Shown one piece after another: positions 47,314 to 56,755 of a DNA stretch of 64,000 nt. The stretch comes from Candidatus Melainabacteria bacterium 17Bon1m. Lineage in GTDB: Bacteria; Cyanobacteriota; Vampirovibrionia; Obscuribacterales; Obscuribacteraceae. The notes beneath the pieces are model-generated. The model was given only the letters and a program-made list of their open reading frames with translations, did not search any database and was not told the DNA's origin. The stretch is taken from positions 65,008 through 129,007 of the forward strand of contig JAVLKG010000003.1 in the NCBI GenBank assembly GCA_032128875.1, written 5' to 3'. Position 1 is the stretch's first letter. Each line of letters starts with the position of its first letter. The translations under genes and the position numbers were made by a program.

Positions 47314-49131
47314 TTACCGAACAACCAATTTGGGAAGCCTTATCATAAAACTGAATCCGCTAGGCTTCTGGCTGTATGAGCTGATGTTGCCGTAATGCGC
47401 TTCAACGATTTGTTTGCAAATTGAATATTTAAGAAGAGACCGGTTGCTGTGCCCGCTTAGTTTGTGCGTGGGAACGCTCGATTCTATTTGAGCGATTTCC
47501 TCGTCGGTGAGCCCTTCTGCCTGGTCGACAATTCTTACTTGGACAATATCTGCAATTTCGGTAACTTCTATGCGAATGATTGTGTCGCTCGGCGCTGCCT
47601 TTATCGCATTCTCTAGTGATGCTGTAATCGCTTGTGTCATAAGGCGTTTGTCCACATTTACGGTGGCGTCGCCGGAAATATCGAATTTGATATTTTTTGC
47701 TTCGGCGCTTATTTCCGTATTTGAAACCGCCTTCTGCAAGAGTTCGTTCAGCATAGTGGAGGCAGGCTCTGTCTCGATGTTTCGCGCGCTAAGTTTTTGG
47801 AAATCCAACAGGTCACTTACCAATTCGATTAATTGCTCGACCATCTTTGCAGACTTTTCTACCTTGAGTTTTGCATCGGGCGGAAGCGCTCCCTTCGCTC
47901 CTCTCGAGAGAATTGCCAGTGAGATGTTGACAGATGTCAGAGGACTTCTCAGATCGTGGCTGATCATATCGACAAGATCTTGCTTCATCCTTTCTGCGTT
48001 TTTCGTTTCTGTAATGTCGTGTGCGACGCAGAAAAAGGCCTTCTGTGCATCAGACCAGAAGCATGACCAGCGTGTATCAACTACGTCCTTGGAATCACTC
48101 ACTAGTCGCAGATCGAAAACACTGATGTTGGTGGAAGTTCTCGACTCTCTCAGCTTTTCATCGCAGAAAAAGCTCTCGTCCGGGATCGTCAAATCATGTA
48201 AATTTCTTCCGATGAGTTCTTCGGGGCTATAGCCCAGTATGCGGGTCGCGTATGGGTTGGCACTGATGAAGGCGCCATCTTCAGTGAGTGAACAAATGAG
48301 ATCGGTGGCGTTTTCCACCAGTGTTTTTTCGTCTTGCTGAATCTTGTCGAGAGCCGCGGCCGTCGAGTGAAGCAGCCTGTCTAGCGTGGCCAACTCATCT
48401 GTGCCTGTCAGGGCTGGCGGCAGTGGTTGCCCTTTTGCCAACAACATACCGTTGCGACAAGTCAGCCGGAGCGGGCGTTTGACCAATACTATGTACATGT
48501 AGCCGAGTAGCGCAGCCAGCAAGGCGCTCAGAACAAGCGCAACAACCAGCGTAGCCCAGACCCTGCTAAGCAAATCGTGAATCAGTGCAGGTCTTCTGGC
48601 TTGCCGCTCTTCTTCCAGCTCGACTATCGCTGTTGTGGCGGCGGCATACTGGCGGGCGCAGTTGAGGAAGCGATGAAAGTACTTTTGGCGTGAAGTAATA
48701 CGATCTTCATTGTCTTTGAAAGAGAGGTGCTGTGCATCTTTGTACATCTCTTGCAGCTCTTTATGGCAACTGCGCAACTCTTGCATTCTTTGCTCGGATT
48801 CGCTGTCCGTGCGGGCGACATTGAAGAGTCCCTGCAGGTTTTCGTTGAGAGCCTGAATCGGGTTGCTTTCGGTAGGCATTTTGGGAAGTAGCTTATACAT
48901 CACAGTCGGCGCTTCGAACTTGAAATTCAAGTTGTAGATGGTCTCCATAGCATCTCGGTTGAGGACGAATGTTCGGGCGATGATTTCTTGAGACCGTGAT
49001 TCTGTAACGATTTCGTTCTTCAGTGCGAGTAAGTTGTAAGCCAGAAAGACGACTATGATGACCTGCAGCAGCAAGGGGATCATCGTAATGATGATGCCGC
49101 GCCAGAATAGGTTGGGAGTAGGAATATTCAA
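47314..49131 (-). CDS. membrane PAS sensor histidine kinase with intact H-box and degenerate ATPase domain
   Basis: Two TM helices, HAMP-like and PAS regions, ISHDLRSPL. G1 reads DQAEG and there is no GxGLGL G2 box. Confidence 0.9.
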   Translation of the reverse strand: MNIPTPNLFWRGIIITMIPLLLQVIIVVFLAYNLLALKNEIVTESRSQEIIARTFVLNRDAMETIYNLNFKFEAPTVMYKLLPKMPTESNPIQALNENLQGLFNVARTDSESEQRMQELRSCHKELQEMYKDAQHLSFKDNEDRITSRQKYFHRFLNCARQYAAATTAIVELEEERQARRPALIHDLLSRVWATLVVALVLSALLAALLGYMYIVLVKRPLRLTCRNGMLLAKGQPLPPALTGTDELATLDRLLHSTAAALDKIQQDEKTLVENATDLICSLTEDGAFISANPYATRILGYSPEELIGRNLHDLTIPDESFFCDEKLRESRTSTNISVFDLRLVSDSKDVVDTRWSCFWSDAQKAFFCVAHDITETKNAERMKQDLVDMISHDLRSPLTSVNISLAILSRGAKGALPPDAKLKVEKSAKMVEQLIELVSDLLDFQKLSARNIETEPASTMLNELLQKAVSNTEISAEAKNIKFDISGDATVNVDKRLMTQAITASLENAIKAAPSDTIIRIEVTEIADIVQVRIVDQAEGLTDEEIAQIESSVPTHKLSGHSNRSLLKYSICKQIVEAHYGNISSYSQKPSGFSFMIRLPKLVVR

Positions 49132-50909
49132 TTCGCTGCGCTCCCTTTGAATTTCGGCAAGTCGATGTAAAAACAGCTGCCCCCAATCTGCATCGGCTTG
49201 TATCCGGCTGTTCCACCGTGCGCTTCTGCGATTGATTTCACGAGCGCCAGACCCAATCCGCTGCCCTTTATCTTTGTTTTGTTGACGGATTCGCTTTGGT
49301 TAAACTTCGTGAAAATGAGTTCTCTGTCCTTCTCAGGAATGCCTGGTCCCTGGTCGATAACGCTGATGGTGACAGTGTTAGTGCCTTCTTTGATGTCGAG
49401 AGTAACCGTTGAATTTTTGGGTGAAAACTTAATTGCGTTCGAAAGCAAATTGATCAGAGCTTGTATTAAGCGTCCTTGGTCACCAATAGCGGTGGCATCG
49501 TTTGTGGATTGAACTATCTCAATCGCGTTAGAAGTCGCCAGGGCTTCAAGCGTGAGGCGCGCTTGTCGGCATAGTTCTGATGCGCTTATTGGAAGTTTTT
49601 CAATGTCTCGATCGGCTGTTTCTACATCTTCTAAATCAAGCAGTTCCGATACAAGATCCGATAGGCGCATGAGGTTGTAATTCGCCTTGGCCAGCTCTTC
49701 TTGCGCTGCTTGTGGGATGTTTGCGTGGTTTTCGTTGACGATTGAACCAATGAGCGAGTTGACTTCTTTGAGCGGTGAGCGAAGCTCTTCACTTGCCGTG
49801 TTGAGGAACTGTTGTTTCAAGCGTTGTGCGGCTTTCATCTCGGAGATGTTGTGGGCAACACAGAAATAACTTGCTTGTTCTTTCGAGTAAGAAACCTTCC
49901 AGAGAAATGGTTGTACCGTTCCATCTTTTCGTTTTACATCGTTCTCAAATTCGCATTCACCTGCTGTTTCAGCCAGCTTGCTCAGATTTTGCCGAGCTGC
50001 TTCTTGCGTGTCCTCGGTGATTATGGAAATCAACGAAAGTCCCAAAAGTTCATCCGGAGAGTAAAGCCAGACCTTACTGGCTGCATCTCCCACTGTGATG
50101 AAGCGCAGGCGAGCATCCAAGGTGCAAAGAACATCGCGTGCATTGTCTAAGATCGCGAACTGTTTTTGCCGTGCTTGCTTTATCTCTGTGTGTGCTTGCA
50201 GGAGAACTTTATCTAGCTCGGCAAGCTCGTCGTTGCCGTCAATGGGCGGCGGCAAATCGCGCCCGCCAGCCAAAAGAAGCGCCTTGTTAGCGACATTGCT
50301 CAGCCTGTTGAGAAAACCGGCAGTGAAGTCGCGAACCAGCCAGAGTGAGATGAGAAAGCCGATTGCTGCGCCGCTTGCAAGGATGATGCCTAGCTTCCAG
50401 GTCAGACTTTCAATCTGCCCCGTGTCGGAATTGAGCATGTCGGTTTCGACTTCGATTATGCGCTTGCTGAGCGGTCTTACTTCCATAAACATCGTTATTG
50501 TTGATGCTTTCGGCAGCAGCTTGCCGGCTGGCAAAGTTCGTCCCATGTGCTGGTACAGGCGCAGGCGCACTTGTTTTAACACAGCAATCAAATTGACTCT
50601 AGCGGACTCCGAGTCTCTAATAATGGCGTTCAGCTCTGGGTGTTCGATGGAATTTGCCGTAGTCCACGGAATTTCCAGAGCGCGTATGAGCATGTCTATA
50701 TCGGCGATTTTCTTCTCTGCGTGCGAGTCTTCTTCCTGCGCCAGAGCAAGCAGAGCATCTTCTGCGACCTTTTCGAAATGATGTAACTGAATAAGCGCAT
50801 GCCTGGATCTCTCGAGGCGTTCGTACTCTTTGGTCGCCTCGTATAGCCTGTTTCCCACAATGCCAAGAAAGACAAGCTCAATTACGACTGGTACCAATAC
50901 CAGTATCAT
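49128..50909 (-). CDS. membrane PAS sensor histidine kinase lacking the phospho-His, with intact ATPase domain
   Basis: Two TM helices, HAMP-like and PAS regions, ASEELRSPL (H to E), NLLSNAIKFS, DQGPGI, IFTKF, GSGLGL. The true start may be a few codons upstream. Confidence 0.9.
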   Translation of the reverse strand: MILVLVPVVIELVFLGIVGNRLYEATKEYERLERSRHALIQLHHFEKVAEDALLALAQEEDSHAEKKIADIDMLIRALEIPWTTANSIEHPELNAIIRDSESARVNLIAVLKQVRLRLYQHMGRTLPAGKLLPKASTITMFMEVRPLSKRIIEVETDMLNSDTGQIESLTWKLGIILASGAAIGFLISLWLVRDFTAGFLNRLSNVANKALLLAGGRDLPPPIDGNDELAELDKVLLQAHTEIKQARQKQFAILDNARDVLCTLDARLRFITVGDAASKVWLYSPDELLGLSLISIITEDTQEAARQNLSKLAETAGECEFENDVKRKDGTVQPFLWKVSYSKEQASYFCVAHNISEMKAAQRLKQQFLNTASEELRSPLKEVNSLIGSIVNENHANIPQAAQEELAKANYNLMRLSDLVSELLDLEDVETADRDIEKLPISASELCRQARLTLEALATSNAIEIVQSTNDATAIGDQGRLIQALINLLSNAIKFSPKNSTVTLDIKEGTNTVTISVIDQGPGIPEKDRELIFTKFNQSESVNKTKIKGSGLGLALVKSIAEAHGGTAGYKPMQIGGSCFYIDLPKFKGSAAN

Positions 50910-51046
50910 TCCTCGGGCTGTCGAATTGAATTGCAGGAGTATCGATCCCGTCTAAGGTTGCCGTTCGGAAACGCTGGAAAGCCAAGAGCCGACCGCGCCT
51001 CGATTCTATGATACAGGCAACTGGGCGAAGATTCGGATGTTGCAGA

Positions 51047-51787
51047 TTAATAGCCGACGACCGAGCCGCGAATGTGGCGAGTATTATCCATGCCTGCTGC
51101 GCGCATCATGCCGCCCACTCCGCCATTTCCGACGAAGAGTCCAAACAATGCCGCTGCGCCTGCTACGCCGACCGCGCGTTGCATCATTTGTGGATCGTTC
51201 ATAAGCGTATTGCCGATGGTCTGGGCGATTCCACCGTTGTTGCTGTTTGTGCCATTGTTTTGCATCATGCCGCCAGCCATGTTGTTCATGCCGTTTTGCT
51301 GCATCATGCCGCTGGACATGTTATTCATTCCACTGTTGGAACCGCTGAACATGCCGCTGTTCATATTATTCATGCCGTTCATGACGTTCATCTGTGCAGA
51401 ACCGTTCATGCTGTTCATACTGTTTGTGCCATTCATAGAACTCGTCGCATTGCTGCTTCCATTGTTCATGGCTCCGTTGCCGAATGCATTACCTTGACCG
51501 AGTTGTGTATTTTGGCTGTTGAGGTTGGTATACAGCCCGTTTTGGGATAGGCTGTTGTTGAATGCGCCATTGGCGTTTGAGTTAAAACCCTGTCCAGGCG
51601 CGCCATTGGGGCTAGGGGCGGTTGGCGAGCCAAATGAATCCCCGCAAATGTCGATACCGTTGAAGTTCTGCGCGGCAACTTGCTCTTCGGCGGTTAGTTG
51701 ACCATTGACTCCTTGAGCTAATGCAGGCGTGTTCATCGCCAGCGAGGCGAGAAGCATTGCTGCGGCTGTTCGAGTGCGGACTGACAT
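51047..51787 (-). CDS. exported low-complexity Asn/Met/Gly-rich protein
   Basis: ATG at 51787 after ggaga; signal peptide ending PALA; repeats such as MNGTNSMNSMNG and MMQQNGMNNM; hydrophobic Gly-rich C-terminus. Confidence 0.82.
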   Translation of the reverse strand: MSVRTRTAAAMLLASLAMNTPALAQGVNGQLTAEEQVAAQNFNGIDICGDSFGSPTAPSPNGAPGQGFNSNANGAFNNSLSQNGLYTNLNSQNTQLGQGNAFGNGAMNNGSSNATSSMNGTNSMNSMNGSAQMNVMNGMNNMNSGMFSGSNSGMNNMSSGMMQQNGMNNMAGGMMQNNGTNSNNGGIAQTIGNTLMNDPQMMQRAVGVAGAAALFGLFVGNGGVGGMMRAAGMDNTRHIRGSVVGY

Positions 51788-51951
51788 GGTAATTCTCCGG
51801 AGGTGCCAGGAGATCGTATTACTCGCGCGCGCGTCCGTCACTGGTGGAAGTACGTACTTGCGAGCTGGCTTGTACGGGAGTCGCATCCGGCCCCATGGCA
51901 GGGAAGCGCGGACCGCCGGCACGAGCGCTTCCCGTACACAACGGAAGTGAA

Positions 51952-52686
51952 CTATTTCTTCTCTTGCAAATGCGAAAGATACTCGACGATTGAGTCGACT
52001 TGTTCTTTCGCCAACGGACCACCGGCGTCTCCTATAAAACCAGGCATGGTGATTTTTCTGGGGCTGCCGTAGGCCGTTACGTGCCACACGTGCTTCTTGA
52101 TGGCTGGGTCGTTGTAGTCGCGCACGAGGCAAGGGCCGACTCCTCCTTGTGCATCTTGTCCATGACACATGGCGCAATCTGCCTTGTAGAGCTCTTCTCC
52201 GAAAAGTCCAACTCCTTGTGCGACGTGGCAACTGGTGCACTTTTCGTCAGTGAGAAACTTTGCTTTGCTGCGCTCTGAGAGCGCCTTGTGACGGTTTTCC
52301 ACGACCATTGACATAGAGAGAATCACAAGTGGTCGCTCAGGATCGTCTGATGAAATATCTACTGTTTTGGTGATCTCGTCTTGTTTCATCGAGGTGTCCA
52401 ACTGCACTGTCAGAGTTGTTGATTCACCCGGGTTCAAAAGCGTCTTTGGCAGTTTTGGAACGGTGCAGCCACATGTTGAGTAGGCTTTGATTATTTGAAG
52501 GGGCTCAGTACCCTTGTTGAATATCTTGAATTTGTGCTCCAGCTCTATGCCTTCTGCCACGTGACCGAAGTCGAACTCTTCATGGTCGAACGTAATTTGC
52601 GCGCCATTCGCGGGCGGTTTTGGCTTCTCTTCTGCGCATGCGGAGAGAAGAGCAAAAGTGCATATCGCGATCAGAAACTTCCTCAT
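51952..52686 (-). CDS. lipoprotein with DUF1573-like Ig domain and two c-type heme motifs
   Basis: Lipobox LSAC; FDFG..FKIFNKGTEPLQI..STCGCT..LNPGES; CTSCH and CAMCH; MPGF. Confidence 0.85.
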   Translation of the reverse strand: MRKFLIAICTFALLSACAEEKPKPPANGAQITFDHEEFDFGHVAEGIELEHKFKIFNKGTEPLQIIKAYSTCGCTVPKLPKTLLNPGESTTLTVQLDTSMKQDEITKTVDISSDDPERPLVILSMSMVVENRHKALSERSKAKFLTDEKCTSCHVAQGVGLFGEELYKADCAMCHGQDAQGGVGPCLVRDYNDPAIKKHVWHVTAYGSPRKITMPGFIGDAGGPLAKEQVDSIVEYLSHLQEKK

Positions 52687-52817
52687 TCACCGATGATATG
52701 TGCAAGCGGGGCGCCCCGCAACCCTGGGTCGGGGAGGCAAGACAGCGTGCTTGTGCTGGGAGTATCCTTTGGTTTAATTCGAGGATACTAAACGGACTAA
52801 TAGAATTTAGGCTTAAA

Positions 52818-52847
52818 GGAAACTGGCTCAGGGGGGAGCCAGTTTCC
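52818..52847 (-). terminator. hairpin terminator
   Basis: ggaaactggctc-aggggg-gagccagtttcc downstream of the 52905 stop. Confidence 0.6.
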
Positions 52848-52904
52848 GATGGTTTCACTCAAAGCAGCACAAGAAGCGGTGCTTCCTGCGTTGTCTGTAT
52901 CGAG

Positions 52905-53612
52905 TTACTTCCCGCAGAGCGGATCCGGGGTTTCGCCGTGATGCTCATGATGCGGCATGGGGTGCGACATCGGCGAGCATGGCTGAGACTGGACCGGAGC
53001 CACGGTGCTGCCGTGATGTGCATGACCCGGCATCAGTAATGCGGGGAAAAGCGACATCAGGAGCATGACGACGCCCATCGAAAGATGCGCGAGGTCGGAA
53101 GTGAACGAGAGGCTCTTGCCGGCGCGTGCGTCGAGGACGGCGTCCTTGACGTAATAGCCGGAGAACCAGGTCCAGAAGAGCAGCATGGCGCCGTTGAAGA
53201 GCGTGAGCAGGAGCGGGCTGAGCGCAAGCGGCTGGAACATGGTGAACATGCCCAGAAACATCGCCGAGTGCGTCCAGTCCCACCACTGCTTGTTGTACGA
53301 CAGGCGCTTGCCCCAGGTCATGGCGCGCGCGGCGTAGTACACAGTACCGAAGCCGAGAATCCACGACCACGCAAGAGCGGGGACGGGAATCAGCCAGGCA
53401 GCCAGATGGCTAGCCATCGCCAGCATGCAAACGAAGTGCCCCGCTTCGCCTTCCCAGTCGAAGAAGCCGATGGCGTTCTTGACCATGGAGGGGCGGAAGA
53501 GGCGATAGAGATAGAAACCGGCGAACCCGAGGAAGAGTAAGCCGACGGAAGTGATCAACCATTCGGGCGAGGTGAAAGCACCAGCGTCCGGCATGTGATG
53601 CGTATGGTCCAT
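52905..53612 (-). CDS. His/Met-rich membrane protein (DUF5134-like)
   Basis: ATG at 53612 after aaggag. Intramembrane H-x-x-M-type motifs (GHFVCMLAM, THSAMFLGM, AHLSMGVVM); His-rich termini. Confidence 0.75.
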   Translation of the reverse strand: MDHTHHMPDAGAFTSPEWLITSVGLLFLGFAGFYLYRLFRPSMVKNAIGFFDWEGEAGHFVCMLAMASHLAAWLIPVPALAWSWILGFGTVYYAARAMTWGKRLSYNKQWWDWTHSAMFLGMFTMFQPLALSPLLLTLFNGAMLLFWTWFSGYYVKDAVLDARAGKSLSFTSDLAHLSMGVVMLLMSLFPALLMPGHAHHGSTVAPVQSQPCSPMSHPMPHHEHHGETPDPLCGK

Positions 53613-54231
53613 TTGAGTCTCCTTGGTCACGTAGTTGTGCGCACTTGCAAGAGCGAGTGCACAGCAGGAGTTCGATAGCTAATTCAGGGACACACTCAGA
53701 TGCACGTGCTACGGGCGCGTGACAAAGTCTCTAAAGTCGAATGAGGAGAAACCTCTGAGTGTTTTTGATTCCTGAGTGATGAAAAAGAAAGATGAGGACT
53801 AAAACTGGCAGATACGGCAGACGTTTCGCTACTTGGCAGGGTTGTTGTTAAGAGGTTGTCGCCCTGGCTGGAGTGCAGTGTATGCGGCAACTGATGGCAG
53901 TCTTGCGTAAGTTGACTAACTGATTAAGTGACGGGAATTTCGTCTAAACTGCGCACAACCGGCTCGCAGAGCTGTATGAGCCTATCCCCGGGAGGGGGTT
54001 GTTATCACCAATTGCTTGCCGCTATTTGTTATTCCATAACTTGCCAAGCTTGAGCCGTTTGTGCCTGTCGAAAGTCGTCAGTTAATTTGGTTTGGAGGGC
54101 CACCGCATGTGGTGCTAGCACGTCTTGCGATTATGGCCCGTCCTGCAATGCAAATGGGTGTCGGCGCGACCTTCTGACCTTCTGTTACCTGGTGCTAGAA
54201 GAGATAGTAGCGTGAGTGCTTAGAAGAAAAG

Positions 54232-54274
54232 ACCGAAGAGGGTTGGCGCGTTTTTCATCGCCAACCCCCTCGGT
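54232..54274 (-). terminator. intrinsic terminator
   Basis: accgaagagggttggcg-N10-cgccaaccccctcggt with a T-rich tail on the minus strand. Confidence 0.65.
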
Positions 54275-54331
54275 AATTTCGTTCTCTCGCGTGCGCGTTA
54301 ACGATACGAGACTCTGCGAACTCAGTGCAAG

Positions 54332-55306
54332 TTACGCAGCAGCCTCCGTCTCGCTTTCCAGCGGACGGCGGTACTTGTAGACGTGCACGGAGTTGATCAG
54401 CTGCGAGCCATTCTCGGGCAGGAAGGTATCCACCCAGGTCAAGCCGGGGATGCATGCTTCCATGTCCTCGAGGAGGTCATCAGCCGGTTCGTAGAGCAAA
54501 GCGCGCATGTTGACGGGGTCAACGCTGCGCACCAGGAAGGTCACTTCGTTGCCCGGAGCGACTTGCGACATGATGTTGAGCATCACGCGCTCCTTCTCCG
54601 TCACCATGCTGGCGATGAAGAAGGTGTCGAAGCCGGGCGGAACCACCAGATGGGCACCATCGACCTGGGTGACCTGCACGTGGTCCTGCATGCCGAGCTT
54701 GGTGAGTGCCTTCACCGCCTGAGCAGCCGCTTCCGGCTCCTTCTCGACGGAGAGAATCTGGAACGCGCTCGGCCAGTCGCGCCAGAATTCACGGTGGATG
54801 ACCTTCGTCAGCTGAGCTTCGGCCTGAGGATCGTTGTCGACAAGACAACGAGTCAGCTCGCCGAGCATGCCCTGCGCGCGCGCAGCCTGGACGATCGTCA
54901 GCACCAGCGGCGTCCACGGAAGCGGACCACCACCGACGAAAACGACGCGGCTGTTCGAGTTCAGGTTGGCCAGCTCGCTCTCCTTGAGCGCCAGCTTCAG
55001 ATAGTGGTCGATGTACGGGAAGTCCAGAACTCGGCCGGGGTCGCTGTAAAACAGCTCCAGCTGAAACTCGGCGCGCTGGCAAAGCGTGCGGAGGTCAGCG
55101 GTCACACCCGACTCGCTCAGGGCCTGTAGAGCGCGCCGCGCAGCCGCCTGATTGTGCGGCAGCGTGACGTATCGAACGAGTTCGGTCAGCTTCTGGTTGA
55201 CGATTGCGTTGCGCGGCGACAGGTCGGTCTGTCGTGCAAGCACATCGCGCGTTTCGGTAACGTGCGACACCAACTCGCAGAAGCGACGGTTTTGCCATCG
55301 TTTCAT
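54332..55306 (-). CDS. nicotianamine-synthase-like SAM-dependent aminobutanoyltransferase
   Basis: LSP..VNQKLTELV, AEFQLE, FPYIDHYLKL, VVFVGGGPLPWT, IASMV..K, RS..MRALLYEP, LINS; ATG at 55306 after aaggag. Confidence 0.85.
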   Translation of the reverse strand: MKRWQNRRFCELVSHVTETRDVLARQTDLSPRNAIVNQKLTELVRYVTLPHNQAAARRALQALSESGVTADLRTLCQRAEFQLELFYSDPGRVLDFPYIDHYLKLALKESELANLNSNSRVVFVGGGPLPWTPLVLTIVQAARAQGMLGELTRCLVDNDPQAEAQLTKVIHREFWRDWPSAFQILSVEKEPEAAAQAVKALTKLGMQDHVQVTQVDGAHLVVPPGFDTFFIASMVTEKERVMLNIMSQVAPGNEVTFLVRSVDPVNMRALLYEPADDLLEDMEACIPGLTWVDTFLPENGSQLINSVHVYKYRRPLESETEAAA

Positions 55307-55467
55307 GACTGTTCTCCTTATCATGAGTATTCCGATCGGGCACAGCTGTCGCCCAATGCGGTGAGTTACGTAAACGACATTTCACGCCCGATCGCGCGGC
55401 TTGCTTGCCACCTGCGACTCGTGCGTGAGATTCAGAGTTGGATTCAAATTTGCGATATCGAGAACTC

Positions 55468-55546
55468 GTAGGGGAGCCGCATGCGGCTCCGTGTCAGGGA
55501 AGCGCATGCGCTTCGCCTGCTTGAAGAGCGAATGCGCTTCCCCTAC
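55468..55546. repeat. GTAG-type REP-like composite palindrome
   Basis: gtaggggagccgcatgcggctcc ... gaagagcgaatgcgcttcccctac (inverted ends, internal hairpins). Confidence 0.5.
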
Positions 55547-55561
55547 TCGAAGAAGTGAAGA

Positions 55562-55861
55562 CTATTTCTTCTTTTTCTTCTTCTCGATGACCAGCCGTTG
55601 GACGGGACCTGAGCCTTCGCTGTGAGCTTTGATGATCTCAGCGGCGTCTTCAGGTTCCACGCGCCCATATCGAACTTTGTCCGGCGTCACGACGATGCTC
55701 GGACCCTTCTTGCACAAATCAAGGCATCCACAGCCTTTGACTTCCAGCGAGCTTGCTTGTGCGGTGACTTCAGCTTGCAGCTGCTCCAACACCTTCTTGC
55801 TGCCGCGCTTCGGGCATTTCTTGCCCTGGGTGCAAACATAGATTTTTGTGGGTTTCCCCAT
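55562..55861 (-). CDS. thioredoxin-like [2Fe-2S] ferredoxin
   Basis: IYVCTQGKKCPKRGS..GCLDLCKKGPSIVVTPD..YGRV; SD ggagg. Confidence 0.92.
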   Translation of the reverse strand: MGKPTKIYVCTQGKKCPKRGSKKVLEQLQAEVTAQASSLEVKGCGCLDLCKKGPSIVVTPDKVRYGRVEPEDAAEIIKAHSEGSGPVQRLVIEKKKKKK

Positions 55862-56434
55862 GTAGTGCCTCCCTTGCGACAGTGATGCCGCACGTTAGGA
55901 GAAGGTCATGTCAGTGACTGCGTGACCTCACACAGCGGTGCAAGGTAGCGCAGCACATCCATTTCGGGAAGAAAACACAGCCTTACGTCTCTTCGTGAAT
56001 GACCGTTCTCCGGAGGAGAAGTTTCAAGACACAAGTTTGACGAGGTTGCTTAGGTTTCCTGAAAAGGGAGAAGACTTCTCCGAGAAGAAATGAAGTACTG
56101 AAAATTACAAGTGCAGTCTAAGAAGCTCATGACCCTAGTATCAACCTTCAAAACTAAAGATATTCCTGAGCTTCGAGGTGTATCTGGACCCATTTTTCGG
56201 AACTGTTGGGGTGCTCCGCTAGTTTGACCTTATTGCGAATTAGTATCAACAATCCCTGCGCTAACTACGTCACCTTTACAACTATTTGCGAATCATTCCG
56301 CAATTTTAGAGACCAAAAAGGGCACTAACTTCGTATTTGCACCCTGGTCAGAGTGCCCACTAGGTGCGATTATCGAGCATGCGGTCATGTATTTTTGGAC
56401 CGCTCTCAGGCAGCTTTGACCATGAAATAGACCA

Positions 56435-56644
56435 ATGGACGTCTGGACAGTCTTACTTTTAGTTGCGTTAATGACCGGCATCATGGGCTGGTTCGTTACG
56501 CCGTTTACCAGCGCCATAATCTACATTTGCATGATGTGCGACGGTGACCCTATCGACTGGGGGCTGGAAGTGGCGTTCTCCCTTGCCGTTCCATTTGCGT
56601 GGGTCTTTGCAATCATGGAAATCATCCTTTTATATCGTCTCTAA
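56435..56644 (+). CDS. small hypothetical membrane protein (2 TM)
   Basis: 69-aa hydrophobic ORF in an otherwise empty gap. Confidence 0.55.
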   Translation: MDVWTVLLLVALMTGIMGWFVTPFTSAIIYICMMCDGDPIDWGLEVAFSLAVPFAWVFAIMEIILLYRL

Positions 56645-56755
56645 AAGCTTGTTGCGAACGTGAAAGGCTTATTGCGAATATTGTCAAATTAGCAAGAGCG
56701 TACCGCCAGGGTTTTTAAGCGAGTATGCTTACGTACAACCGCCGCTGGCTGGACC

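Noticed and set aside
51788-52240. N-terminal extension of the 397-aa ORF 51047..52240
   Set aside because: It overlaps the cytochrome gene in another frame; the SD and signal peptide indicate a start at 51787.
55862-56140. Cobalamin or other known riboswitch upstream of the ferredoxin/NAS genes
   Set aside because: I could not find a B12-box or other recognisable consensus; an Rfam scan would be needed.
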